Translations under genes and position numbers: made by a program
Notes under the pieces: model-generated
Databases searched by the model: none
Told to the model about the DNA's origin: nothing
Seen by the model: the letters and a program-made list of their open reading frames with translations, nothing else
Assembly: GCA_030390025.1 (NCBI GenBank)
Contig: CM059430.1
Location: 67,394,001-67,458,000 of the forward strand
Source: Squalus acanthias
Taxonomy: Eukaryota
Direction: 5' to 3'
Length of the DNA: 64,000 bases
Shown: piece after piece, positions 43,401 through 55,556 of the stretch
Position numbering within the stretch: the first letter of the stretch is position 1
How the letters are laid out: every line of letters begins with the position of its first letter

Positions 43401-44744
43401 CAAGAAACGTATAGCTTCTGCATACTGCAGGGTTTTGATTTTCCAAATAATGTATTGAAAGAAATGCTCAACTTTTAACATAATTAAACAAAATGCCTTT
43501 AAAACTTGATACATAAATTAAATGTATATTTTCATGAAGGATTTCTAATTTCATTCATTACTAGGAGCAGGGAGATCTGTGGAGATTTCAGACCATCATG
43601 AAGAGCGGGTAAGTTTACAACATTCACTCCGGGAGATATTTCAAATAATGAAGAGACAACTTCGACGCTCTATAATCAAGTCAATACACTCTAACACCAT
43701 TTCGTACAAATACCTTTCACGATTTATTATAATTTAGAGCATGTTCACAAAAATATTAAACCCTTGTTGTGATGATGGCAGAAGTAATGTAGGTTTTGCG
43801 AAAACTTTGCACGTTTCCTTGAAAATATATGCAATTGGCAGTTAACATCGACATTCCGAGGCCAGAAAGAGAAGTAATCAGTTCCTGCCAGCTAGAACTT
43901 CTGCGAGTCTGCATGGACTTTCCCTGAGGACATGCTCGGACTAAGCTGGGTTTTGTTCCCAGGTAGAAACTCCTACTTAGTCATTATCTGAGTTTACATA
44001 TAAAGAATGGCCAGTTGGTGAGGTATCAGAGGCGCCCAACAGCCAGATCTCAGCATGCATCAGCGCCTTGAACAATGACAGTGAGAAAATTGGTAAAACA
44101 AGTGGAATATACACAGACACGATTGAGGAATGTGAAGCAGTTTCACATGAGATCCAGTTATGACACAATTTTTCATGAACCTGGGAAAAATGAAACATCA
44201 GTATCATGCTCATTTTTCATTCAATTTTGTATTCTACTTAAAATATAACAGAAATAAACTGATGTTTTGCAGTTCATGAAGTGAGTAACGGATGAGTTAA
44301 TGCCTTATGCCCCATTAGATTTTACCAATTCCAACCTAACTGCAAGATTTATACGCCCAGAGGAAAGGACAGTTTACGCCCAGGTAAGGCTGAAAAACAC
44401 AGCAGAACCATGCATCGCCCTTGTAGAACTAAGATACAAGGGGCGCAACAATAAATGTGGTTGAGCTCACGTGTGTTACTTTAAATTAAGTCTTGTTTTA
44501 TATTGGGCCTTGCTGGTGCACACAGATAAAAACTATGAGCTAACGACTTTCCGAAACGTTGACCCCACAGACCAAGCAAGCGAGAGCTGAGAACAAGCTG
44601 ACGTATGCCGCTCTCGAACTGAGTGACGCCAAGAAAGCAGGAAAGCTCAAACCTAAGGACAAGAGCACAGAGTATGCTCAACTTAAGACAACAACCCAAA
44701 GAGGAGCAACACAGGATATCTACACAGAAGCCAGGGTCCCGTAA
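37422..44744 (+). CDS. Ig-superfamily membrane receptor, L-V(J)-C1-TM-ITIM/ITSM tail (SIRP-like / NKp30-PRARP-like); 7 coding exons, tail possibly disrupted
   Basis: Exons 37422-37476, 37601-37921, 39325-39633, 42905-43017, 43565-43608, 44273-44383, 44571-44744, all with GT-AG boundaries. L/V/C1/TM join through phase-1 introns into one open frame of 266 codons. Eight N-glycosylation sequons in the ectodomain. Confidence 0.88.
37601..37921 (+). CDS. Exon 2: V-set Ig domain with joined J-like G strand
   Basis: Acceptor TTTTGTTTCCTGACAG; RVSQAP..TFYC..VYWW..DSGVYYC..NGTGSTIKVS; donor G|GTGAGT. Confidence 0.95.
39003..39113 (-). mobile_element. CR1 LINE 3'-tail fragment in intron 2
   Basis: ACAGCACAGAAG..CCCATCGTGCC.GCGCCGG resembles the inverted CR1 3' end at 51695-51800. 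Confidence 0.7.
39325..39633 (+). CDS. Exon 3: C1-set Ig domain
   Basis: Acceptor CTTTTTTTCTACAG; LVCETGEFYP..LTWYKDG..YTCQVSH (C1 FYP and YxCxVxH signatures); donor G|GTAAGG. Confidence 0.95.
40288..42790 (+). mobile_element. 5'-truncated decayed CR1 LINE in intron 3
   Basis: Fragmented RT ORFs ([35 protein letters not shown]) with stops and frameshifts; 3' (TTCTTATG)n tail. Confidence 0.95.
42905..43017 (+). CDS. Exon 4: stalk and transmembrane segment
   Basis: Acceptor TTTTATCTAACAG; GDNNTSNH-FLIYGCRGGGFIFLLLVIIIG; donor GAG|GTAAGA. Confidence 0.85.
43565..43608 (+). CDS. Exon 5: short cytoplasmic exon (44 nt)
   Basis: TTCATTACTAG acceptor and CGG|GTAAGT donor; reads GAGRSVEISDHHEER if entered in phase 1. 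Confidence 0.6.
44273..44383 (+). pseudogene. Exon 6: tyrosine-motif tail exon containing an in-frame TGA
   Basis: TGTTTTGCAG acceptor, CAG|GTAAGG donor, 111 nt, phase 0-0: FMK*VTDELMPYAPLDFTNSNLTARFIRPEERTVYAQ. Its Tyr motifs parallel those of exon 7. Confidence 0.65.
44571..44744 (+). CDS. Exon 7: terminal cytoplasmic exon with ITIM (LTYAAL) and ITSM-like (TEYAQL) motifs
   Basis: CCCCACAG acceptor, phase 0: TKQARAENKLTYAALELSDAKKAGKLKPKDKSTEYAQLKTTTQRGATQDIYTEARVP*. Confidence 0.88.
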   Translation, partial: TKQARAENKLTYAALELSDAKKAGKLKPKDKSTEYAQLKTTTQRGATQDIYTEARVP

Positions 44745-45003
44745 TGTTAGTTATCAATGCGGCAGCCGTTTTACTGCTGTACATCGATCGCATTTTTCTA
44801 TGAAGTACGGTGCTTACACACATTTGTATACCTGTTACCCTGTAGTTACTCTATGTTTTTCACTTCAAGAAGCAACACAGATCTTAGGTTTCGAACGTAA
44901 TTATAGTTACGGGTACGGTGACGCTTTGTAGAATAATAATTCCTAAGTAAAAGTTAACATTTTTAAATTCTGGGTATCACAAACGTCAGCTGCACGCTTT
45001 CTT

Positions 45004-45009
45004 AATAAA
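45004..45009 (+). terminator. Candidate polyadenylation signal AATAAA
   Basis: AATAAA about 260 nt after the stop codon, followed by T/GT-rich sequence; others occur further downstream. Confidence 0.35.
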
Positions 45010-46825
45010 AATGATGTTTAAAACTTTGGTTTAACAAGGTAATGGCATTTCAGTTAGAAACTGCCACATTTACCACATTTTCGTTGAATAGTCCAGCCGA
45101 TTTTCATCCCTTTTTGATCTCAATGTATCTTGTTCTCTTCCACCTTGTCTCTGTTTATTACATGTTAAATTCCCATATTCCATTTTCTCAAACTGAGTTA
45201 TCTCCCGTTTTTAACTAATAGCTATAATTAAACGGTCACATTTGTACCGTGATAGATAGTGTTTTCGCAAGGCTGTCAGTTATTTAAAGCAAGGCTCTTA
45301 CAGTTAATTAAATATTGATTTCAATTATTGCGCCATCAGTTAATGAGGAACAATAGAGATAGAGACTGGCGGAAGTGACTAGCAATAACATAAGTGTTAG
45401 AATGATTTTTTACCGATCAACACTGAGTTCTGTCTATAAGTTTTGCTCTATGTTCTGCATTAATTCACTGAATTAATGCATTTACTTACATCTTCCCTAA
45501 AACATGCAAATAAATTAGTAACATTATACGAAATATGCAGCGACGTAAAGTACAGTGACAGCAGCCAATTATGTTAATCATTGTTGTACACAGTTATTCA
45601 CCTATTTTTAATCATTGTCACTTTCAATATGTATCTCGCAAAATCGATCCTAAAATCATTACTGATTATTTGGTGCGTATACCTTCAATCAGGTTTGAGA
45701 ATGAAGTTTATAAGTGATTTGAATATCAGAGAATCCCAAATTAAATATCTTCAAAAATGTGTTACCATTTCTCAACACTTACCCTATTACTTAAAGCTGC
45801 TGACATGATATAACACATCATGTGTGTTACGCTTTTTGCAGCCCAGCAGGGAAAACGTTATGAATAAATTCAAGCACTGATACATGTTGATTAGATGCCT
45901 GTTTTACTGAGACAATGCTAAATTTGTAAGGGAAAATCAGAACAGTTCGAATAAATTCTATTTCTATTTTTATATTTCCAATAGCAATGCTTTTAATACA
46001 TTTGACGCACGCTTCTTTCTGTACCTGACATGTATAATTAAAATATCTCGGAACATTTCCCCCACATTATTAACTTCGTTTTATTTCTGTTTTATAGCTG
46101 TGGTAACAGTTTCACTGGTATTCGATAGAAGTGTATAACTGTGAATACATTGCTCCAGTTCAGCCATAAAATAAAGAACTGCTCACAGCTCCATTTATTC
46201 AATAAAAATATATAACTGTGTACAAATATCTCTATTTCTGCAGCAATATTATATAACTGAGTTTCTATATTAAAAAAGCTTAGAAGTATGAAAAATTGCA
46301 ACTTTCTTGTGAACGCTTTTATTCTTTTTTTAATTTTCTCCACGGAAATATACATTCCCAAAATGTAGCTTCTCCCTATAATGGATATTGATTGAATAGT
46401 TTACAGTCTTATGATTTTAGGACCTGAAGTATTCCTTCGAAAGCAAAATGGAATTGGTCAGATTAATTTAACAGCGTTACATTACTGTATACTGTGGTAA
46501 AATATTACGTTCTCTGCCCACAGTCAGTTACGTTGATTTTCCGATTTTTCAGTCTTTTTATCAAGGGAGTTGAATCGAGTTGGTGATACTACGGAACGAG
46601 ATGGGGTAAGGGATTTGGTATAGTGCGTCGGTCCCATTGAGTGTGTTCATATTAGGGGTTGAGTGAGATGGAACGTCAGATCAGGGACTTGTCAAATTGT
46701 CGTTGGGCCATTTCGACTAAGTCTTTATCACTCTCCTGAGGAATTAAAAGTATTTTGTCTTCTCCTCAGATTTAGTTCAATTAAATCTCAAATGTCCAAC
46801 ATAAGTGGTCTTATTTCTTGTTTTG

Positions 46826-46928
46826 TATTCGTTTTATGAGATGTTGGCGTCGCTGGCAAGGCCAGCATTTATTGCCCATCCCTAATGGGCATTGAGATGA
46901 TGGTGGTGAGTCGCCCTCTTGAACCGCT
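46826..46928 (-). mobile_element. LINE 3' tail fragment, same family as 35374-35721
   Basis: Reverse complement TAGGGATGGGCAATAAATGCTGGCCTTGCCAGCGACGCC matches about 35659-35697. Confidence 0.75.
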
Positions 46929-48489
46929 ATCATGTGGCTATCTAATTCATCTTTCATGTATATTTATAACAGAAAAACGGCCAAACGTCGCTATTTTCAT
47001 TGTGGGGCGTTACTTTTTAATATTGTAGTAGAACTACAGTCTTTTCTTGTAGTATTTTTGGTTACCATCAGAACCGTTTTTCAGTAAACCGCTTATATAC
47101 GCCACATTCTGTGACATAAAATGCATAATTGATTATTGCAATTGATAATTCCCAACTCGGGTTAAAGGATGTATCACAGGCCTCTTAAACAAGTGCGATG
47201 ACGTGTTTTTAATTAGTAACATATAAATAACACTGAGGTCCTTTTATTGAGTGTAATCTAATAAATGTTATTAAAAATATAATATTCCTCCAAAGTACTG
47301 TGACACAGCATATGAATCTTAGGTTTTCCCCTGCATCTCTCAATAATCTAATCCCCGCACAAGTACGGAGAAGACACACAAGTGATATCAAAATACTCAG
47401 TGATAGTGAGAGAATTTTCATCAATGGAAGATTCTCGAATTGTTTCATCTTCTTACACTAAATGTCCAAAGAAATGCGTGCTATCTCACTATTACATCTG
47501 AAGTTTTTCATTCGGTTAAGTACAGCAGTCAATGAAATCTTGTATATTCAAGAGAAGCAGTGATATAGTTAAATTGATACTGTGTTATTCAAAATGATCG
47601 TTCCAGTAAAGTTTCCGAAAATAGAAGTCGCTCCACTTTCTGACGCAAGCACTCATTTAGCTACATTTACTCTCTTTACGAAGTTATTTTTGTACTTTCA
47701 AGATCTTCAGCGTCTGCACCGAAACCGCAGCATCTGGTGACTACATTCAGTCGTTCCAACGGTTGAGAATAAATAGCAAGCATGATTTTACTTAATATAA
47801 ATCATTGTGGTTACCCGAGTTCACGTACTCCACGTAATGGAACTTTTTTGGGGTTAATTGTTTCGTTCACGTTCTTGTCAAATACAGGCTAGTTCATTTC
47901 CTGGCTAAATTAGACATGTTAAATTTCCTCTAACTAATATGACACTGAAAAGAGTAAGGCACGACACCTTTAGGAGGGCCTAGTAGGAGATCCAATTGTG
48001 TAATTATTGCATGGTTGTATTTGTTGAAAATATAAATCAATAGTGAATGAGACTTTTCTAGTGGAGTCTAACATGGTTCAGTGTTCAGTCCAGTAGTGGG
48101 ATTCCTCTACATCAGGTATGAAATCAGTTGTCGGGGTTTGGGGGGCGTGGTGGGCGGCGATTGGAGCATTATTTTTCAAAAAATATAATTTTCATACTTT
48201 AAATACTGCGTTTTCAGTATTTGGAGCAATCCCTCCAGTCAGATATTCATCTCTGTGTTGCGCATAGGCCATGTTTAACGCCTCGGCGGTAAAGACGAAA
48301 AGAGGCCCAGAGAGATAAAACTGGACAGATCTCTAATTCGTCAGATGGATCCAGAATGTGCCAGGTGACTAGTTACTGACGAATAAGCTGAACACAGTTG
48401 GGCTCAAAACACTCCCTTGAGGTAATCCTACAGTAACGTCCTTAGATCTGCGATAATTAGTCTCCGACGAGTATCAACTTCTGCCACGT

Positions 48490-48713
48490 TAGAATTCAGC
48501 TAAGATTCTGGAATTCCCTTTCCAAATTTGTGCGCCTCTCCACCCCGTCTCCTCGTTTAAATCCCCGTTAATAGCTACCTCTTTGTAAAAATGTTAGTCA
48601 AGCCTCCTAATATCCTGTTCTTTGGGTCTCTGTCCTTTTTTTATATTACTCTGGGAAGTGTCTTCCGATGTTTTTTCTCATTAAAGTTGCTATATAGATA
48701 AAACATGTTGTTG
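48490..48713 (+). mobile_element. Old L2-like LINE 3' end
   Basis: TCTGGAATTCCCT..TACCTCTTTG..TTAAAG..GCTATATA.AT..TGTTGTTG terminal pattern, from recall; highly diverged. Confidence 0.5.
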
Positions 48714-49053
48714 AATACATTTACATACTTTCAGTCATGTATTTTGCAGTCACACGCTGGATTGCAGATGTTCACGAAACATTCTCGTCCCCCTGTTGGT
48801 TGTCAGGTTCTACATCACAATTCTCAGCTGAATTTGTTCAGGATGGAAAGCGTTATTCTGATCTGTTGTTTGTGAGGCCATTTAGTTCGGCCAATCGCCT
48901 ACTTCTATTGGTGTTTAGAAGTCAGGACACCGTGTCTTATGATGTCATATAGGTTTATGCCTCTTTATGCCTAGCGTTGCTTAAGGCATACCCTGCTACA
49001 CTCCTCATTGAACTCAGGTTGTGCTTCTGCCATATAATATGTTGCTGTTGATA

Positions 49054-51157
49054 TGAATGAATTGCAACTGTTATGCATTCCATTCTGGCGCAATATCACA
49101 AAAGGAAAAGCGGCACAACCATGGCTAACAAAATAAATTAAGGATAGTATTAGGTAAAAAGAGGAGTCATTTAAAGTTGCCAGAAAAAGTAGCAAGCCTG
49201 ATGATTGGGAGCATTTTAGAGTTCAGCAAAAAGGACCAAGAGATTGATTAAGAGGTGAAAAATATAGTATGAGAGTAAACCTGCAAGGAACATAAAAGCG
49301 GATTGTCAAAGTCTCTACAAGTATGTAAAAACAAATTTTTTAATGAAGGCAAATGTAGGTCCCTTACAGTCAGAAACAGGAGAATTTATAATGGGGAACA
49401 AGGAAATGGCTGAGAAATTAAACAAATACTTTATTTCTGTCTTCACGGAAGAGGACACAAATAACTTCCGAGAAATGCTGGCGAACCAAGGGTCTAGTGA
49501 GAAGGAGGAATTAAATGAAATTAGTATTAGTAAAAAAATAGTGCTCGAGAAATTAATGGGACTGAAAGCTGATAAATCTCCAGGGCCTGATAATCTGCAT
49601 CCCAGAGTACTAAAAGAGGTAGCCATGGAAATAGTGGACGCATTGGTTGTCATCTTCCAAAATTCTATAGATTATTGAACAGTTCCTGCAGATTGGAGGG
49701 TGGTAAATGTAACCCCACTATTTAAAAAAGGAGGGAGAGATAAAACAGGGAACTACAGACCGGTTAGCCTAACATCAGTATTAGGAAAAATGCTAGAGTC
49801 TATTATAAAGGATGTGCTAACAGGACACTTAGAAAATATCAACGGAATTAAACAAATTCAACAAGCATTTATGAAAGGGAAATCTTTTTTGACAAACCTA
49901 CTGGAGTTTTTTGAGGACGTAACTGGTAGAATAGATAAGGGAGAACCAGTGGATATGGTGTATTTGGATTTTAAGAAGACCTTTGATAAAGCCCAACGTA
50001 AGAGGTTAGTGTGCAAAATTAAAGGACATGGGATTGGTGTTAATATAATGGCACGGTTTGAAAATTGGTTAACAGACAGGAAACCGAGAGTAGGAACAAA
50101 TGAGTCTTTTTCAGGGTGGCAGGCGGTGACTCGTCGGGTACCGCAGGGATCAGTGCTTGGGCCCCAGCTATTCAGACTATATATCAATGATTTGGATGAG
50201 GGAACCAAATGTAATATTTCCAAGTTTGCTGACGACACGGAACTAGGTGGGATTGTGAGTTGTGAGGAGGATGCAAAGAGGCTTCAAGACGATTTAGACA
50301 AGTTGAGTGAGTGGGCAAATACATGGCAGATGCAGTATAACGTAGATAAATGTGATGTTATCAAGTTATGTAGGAAAAACAGGAAGGCAGAGTATTATTT
50401 AAATGGTGCTAGATTGGGAAATGCTGATGCACAAAAGGAACTCGGTGTCTTTGTACACCAGTCACTGAAAGCAAACATGCAGGTGCAGTAAGCAGCTGTG
50501 AGGCAAATGGTATGTTTGCCTTCTTTGCAAGAGGATTTGAGTACAAGAATAAGGATGTCTTACTACAGTCGTACAGGGCCTTGGTGAGACCACACCTTGA
50601 GCACTGTGTGCATTTTTGGTCTCCTTACCTAAGAAAGGATATACTTGCCATAGAGGGAGTGCAGCGGAGGTTCACCAGACTGATTCCTGGGATTGCAGGA
50701 CTGTCGTATGATGAGCGATTGGGTTGAAAAGGCCTATATTCCCCAGAGTTTAGAAGAATGAGAGGGGATCTCATTGATACTTAAAAAATTCTGAGATGGC
50801 TAGACAGACTGGCTGCAGGGAGGATGTTTCCCCTGACTGGGGGTCGGGTCCAGAACGAGGGGTCACACTCTCAGGATACTGGGTAGTATATTCTGGACTG
50901 AGGTGAGGAGAAATTTCTTCACTCAGAGGGTGGTGAACCTGTGGAATTCTCTACCACAGAAGGCTGTGGAGGCCAAGTCACTGAATATATTTCAGAAGGA
51001 GATAGATAGATTTCTAGACATAAAAGGCATCTAGGGGTATGGGGAGAGAGTTGGAATATGGTATTGAGATAATGGATCAGCCATGATCATATTGAATGGC
51101 GGAGCAGGCTCCAAGGTCCGAATGGCCTATTCCTGCTCCTATTTTTCTATGTTTCTA
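49054..51157 (+). mobile_element. 5'-truncated CR1 LINE
   Basis: RT ORF 49700-50491 (NYRPVSLTS, VPQGSVLGP, KFADDT); (TTTCTATG)n tail; flanked by TGATA at 49049-53 and 51158-62. Confidence 0.95.
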
Positions 51158-51686
51158 TGATAGCCCACAGCGCCTCACGGATATCCAGTTTTGGGCTGTA
51201 AGTCTTTCCGTAGCCTTTTCCAATTCTCACTGTGGCAATGACAGACTACATGGCTGACGTTTTCCTTTCTGTGATGATAAGGCACTGTCTTCACCAGGAA
51301 TGCTCAATGATCACGCCTACTAATGTTGTTGTGGACAGACAGTTAGTTTACTAAGGATGTGGTCAATTAGTTTGCTCCCTCGTGTAGATTCCTTTACCAT
51401 GTGTTGCAGATACAGTTAGGAAGTTATCTCCTGCAGGACTCTGCCTATGTTGAACTACCAGAAATCAATGGTGGTGGACATCGAGGTAACCCGATCTCAC
51501 TCTGAGTTTCATACAACTGATGCTTCAAAATTGAAGATGACTGATTGGTCCGTTCAGTAGGGCGGTAGGTGATTATCAGCAGGACATAACATTGCTCTTT
51601 CCTGAACATAATCCATGAGACTTTAGGTAGTCAGAGTCAATGTTGAGGACTCCTAGATCCACTCCCACCCGACTGTATACAACTGT

Positions 51687-54021
51687 TATATAATCATAGA
51701 AATTTATGGCACAGAAGGAGGCCATTCGACCCATCGTGCCAGTGCCGGTCGGAAAAGAGCTAACTATCCTAATCCCACTTTCCTGCTCTGGGACCTTAGC
51801 CTTGTAGGTTACAGCACTTCAAGTACATAACAAAGTATTCTTTAAATGTACTGAGGGATTCTGCCTCTTTCACCCTTTCAGGCAGTGAACTCTAGATCCC
51901 CAACACCCTCTGGGTGAAAAAAAAAATCACCTCATCTCCCCTCTTATCTTTCTATCAATTACTTTAAATGTATGCCCCCTTGTTATTGAAATCTTTGCTA
52001 AGGGAAATACGTCCTTCCTATCCATACTTTCTTGGCCCATCATAACTTTTACACCTCAATCAAGCCTCTCCTCAGCCTTCTGTGTTCCAAAGAAAACAAC
52101 TCCAGCTCGTCAAATCTCTCCTCATAGGTAAAATGCTTCAGTCCTGGCAACATCCTCGTAAATGTCCTCTGTACCCTCTCTTCTGCAATCACATCTGTCC
52201 TGAAAAGTGGTGACCAGAACTGTGAGCTGGGGCCTAACTCGTGTTTTATAGCGCTCTGGAATAAACTCTCTGCTCTTATATTCTATGCCTCGGCTAATAA
52301 AGGAAAGTATCCCCGATGCATTCTTAACCACCTTCTCTAAATGTCCTGCTACCTTCAGGAATTTGTGGACATGTATCCAAAGTCCCTCTGTTCCGCTGCA
52401 TTTCTGAGTATCCTACCATGTATTTCATATTCCCTTAATTTGCTAGCCCTCCCCAAATGCATTACCTTGCGCTTCTCCAGATTGAATTAAATTTGCAACT
52501 TTTCTGCCCACCTGACATTGATATCTACCTGCAGACTACAGCTAACTTACTCACTATCAACCACTTGGCCAATTTTTGTATCATCTGCAAACTTCTTAAT
52601 CATGACCACTACATTGAATTCTAAATCATTGATATGTACCACAAAAAGCAAAGACCTAGTTCTGAGCCCTGTGGAACCCCATTTGAAAAAGCCTTCCAGT
52701 CACAAAAACACCGGTCGAATATTAGCCTTTGCCCCGGCCACTGAACCAATTTTGTATCCAACTTGCCGTATTCCCTTGGATCCCATGGACTTTTACTTTT
52801 TTGCAACCAACCTTGTTAAAATCTATGTAGAATATATCAAATGAACTTCCCTGATTGATCCTCCTCGTTACCTCCTCAAAAAATTCAATCAAGTAAGCCA
52901 GACATGAACCTCCCTTAACAAATCCATACTGATTGTCCCAGATTAATCTGTGTCTTTCTAAATGAAGATTTATCGTGTCCCTCAGGTATGTTTCCAATAA
53001 TTTTCCCACCACCGAAGTTAGGCTGAGTGGACTGTAATTACTTAGTCTATCCCTTTCTCCCTTTTTAAACAATGGCACAACGTTGGCAATCCCCAGTCCA
53101 CTGGCACTACACCAGTAGCCAGAGAAGATTGGACAATGATGGTTAGAGCCTCCACTATTTACTCCCTTGCCTCGCTTAACAGCTTTGGGTACATTTAATC
53201 CGAGCCTGGCGGTTCATCCACAATCAAAGATGCTAAACCTCTTAATACTTCCTCTCTCTCTATGGTTATCCCACCTAATATTTCACACTCCTTCTCCTTA
53301 ACTACAATGTCTGCATCGCCACTTTCTTCTGTGAAGACAGACGCAAAGTATTGATTAAGAACCATGCCCACGTCTTCCGCCTCTACAGGTAGGTTATCAT
53401 TTTGGTCTCTAATCGGCCCTACTCTTTCCTTAGTTATTCTCTTGCTCGTTACGTATTTATAAAACGTTTTTGGATTTCCTTAATTTTACGTGCCAATATT
53501 TTTTCATGCCCTCTCTTTGCTTTCCATTTTCCTTTTTAAATTCACTGCTGCACTTTCTATACTCCTCGGGGCTTTCTGTGGTATTGAGCTCCTGGTATCT
53601 GACAAAAGTTTGCCTGGTTTAACTTAACCTACCCTGTATTCTCCTTAAAATTCAGGGGGCTCTATATTTTGGTGTCCCACCCTCTTGCTTTGTGAGAACA
53701 TATTGGCTTTGGGCCAACTCTATCTCCTCCTTGAATCCCTCTCACTGCTCTGACACTGATTTATCTTCCAGTAGCTGTTTCCAGTGCACTCTAGTTAAAT
53801 CACATCTCAGCTTAGTAAAATTGGCCTTTCCCGAATCGAAAACTTTTATGGCTTGTCAATCTTTGTCCTTTTCTATAACTACATAACTTTCTAACTGAAT
53901 TATGATCACTATCCCCAAAATGCTCCCCCACTGATACCACTTCCACCTGCTCAGTTTAATTCCCTGAAATTAAGTCCATAACTGCCCCTTCTCTTGTTGA
54001 GCCTGTTACGTACTGGTTAAA
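51687..54021 (-). mobile_element. 5'-truncated CR1 LINE (HER1-like tail)
   Basis: Minus-strand RT fragments (PLFKKGERD, YGFVKGGSCL, GVPQGS); inverted tail ATCATAGAAATTTATGGCACAGAAGGAGGCCATTCG; flanked by AACTGT at 51681-86 and 54022-27. Confidence 0.93.
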
Positions 54022-55096
54022 AACTGTGTCCCAAACTTCGGTAGGTCTATCCTGCCATTGAGGCACGACATAAGCAGAAATGTTTATGGAGCTCACTCGG
54101 ACGGTGGTTCGTAGATATGTGTCTACGAATATCATGTGACAGGCTTTTGCTTGAGGAGTCAGTGGAACGGCACTACCAGTTTAGGTAGCAGTCCTCTGAT
54201 AGCAGCGAGAAGGACTTTGCAGATTTAACTACGCCGAGAATGCACAAGTCTTTTCCTGATGGTACTGATACGTATATCCTTACACTTTTGAACTGTTTTA
54301 TCAATTTTACAACTCATGGCTTAAGAAACGACTTTTAAAGGGCCTTTCATACCGTGCTGGACGGGAATAATTTGTACGCCTGCACGCAGAAAGGGAGCAG
54401 GACATTGATGAACCAGTTTGCGGTTTACAGCAATCAGGCAGCTTCTGTGGTTAATGTTATGGCAGTGGCCCATATGTTACTTGATTTCTTGAATTCTACT
54501 TGACAACTTGACGTGTTGGGGTTTGAACATTTATTTCTGGATTGCTGATCCAGCAGCGAAATATCTACATTATTGTACCCTGTCTTCCAATACAAATCAT
54601 GAATCCGGCTGTGGCAGTTAATCGATGCTGCATTTATACATATTTAGCATAGATATTTTAATATATGGAGCCGAACGAAAATAAATTTGCATTTCCAATG
54701 TGTCTGATATGCAATGCATTAAGGACTTTCAGCGAAGATAATTCCACATAGTTAGAGGTTCAGTTTGCCCATTATGAAGCACTCACTTCCGCAACAGCCA
54801 CACAGACTGCTCACTTATGTCCAGAGAACGTGTAACATTGGTTGTCAGAGCCAAGGCCCAGAGACCCCCACGTTTGTTCGGGGAACTTTGGAGTTGAATC
54901 AATCACACCCTCGCAGCCAAACAGTACAGAACACAGCTAACCTCACTGTTGCTTGTCTGTCTTCTACTTTTAGTTGCCGGCGTTATCTGGAGCCAAGAGG
55001 GAATATTCTTGGCCTTAGTGCCCTACGCTCCTGAGGTACTGTTTGGCTCTGGGGGCAGATCACCAATTCTGCCTCGGAGGTTAACGGTTCTGAATT

Positions 55097-55130
55097 ATAG
55101 AATCATAGAATAGTACAGCACAGAAGGAGA
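55097..55130 (-). mobile_element. Very short CR1 3'-tail remnant
   Basis: ATAGAATCATAGAATAGTACAGCACAGAAGGAG is the inverted (TTCTATGA)n tail, as at 51693 and 60255-60283. Confidence 0.6.
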
Positions 55131-55556
55131 CCTCATCAGATACGTAACGTTGTCTCCCATTCAACATACATTTTCCTGCTTATTTCCCCTCTCCCCAAGA
55201 TTAAAATTCGTTAATTTATCTTCAACAAATTGTCAAGCACAGATTTGATCTCTTGTTTTACGAGCTAATCATCTATTACATAACGAAAAACATAACTCTG
55301 CATAAGGTATTTTTGAATGATTCTCCATCGATCACAGCATAGGTGAAAGCAATAGCCTAATGAACAATCGTTCCAGGATCTGGGCATGGAGCTGCTTCCA
55401 TTTCCCCCTCTTTATACCCAATAATAGTTGACAGGGAATCTTGTACGAGCCCATATTGCCGTACACGGTGTTAGAGTAATTTATTTATTCACCTTTCATC
55501 CCAAAGACTAACAGATTTCTCGTCATTTACAGAAGGTGAATAAATTAATTAGAGGT

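Larger units (their letters stand above)
48760..54230 (-). mobile_element. Ancient LINE (endonuclease region) split into three pieces (~48760-49053, 51158-51686, 54022-~54230)
   Basis: The pieces are colinear with a recalled shark LINE consensus once two CR1 insertions are removed. The insertions are bounded by direct repeats TGATA and AACTGT. Confidence 0.6.

Noticed and set aside
44273-44280. 8-nt microexon using the GTGAGT at 44281
   Set aside because: It does not restore the frame with either upstream exon as assembled; more likely a by-product of the mutation that made the TGA.
45000-48480. Short ORFs in AT-rich sequence downstream of the gene
   Set aside because: No recognisable domains or consistent exon structure.
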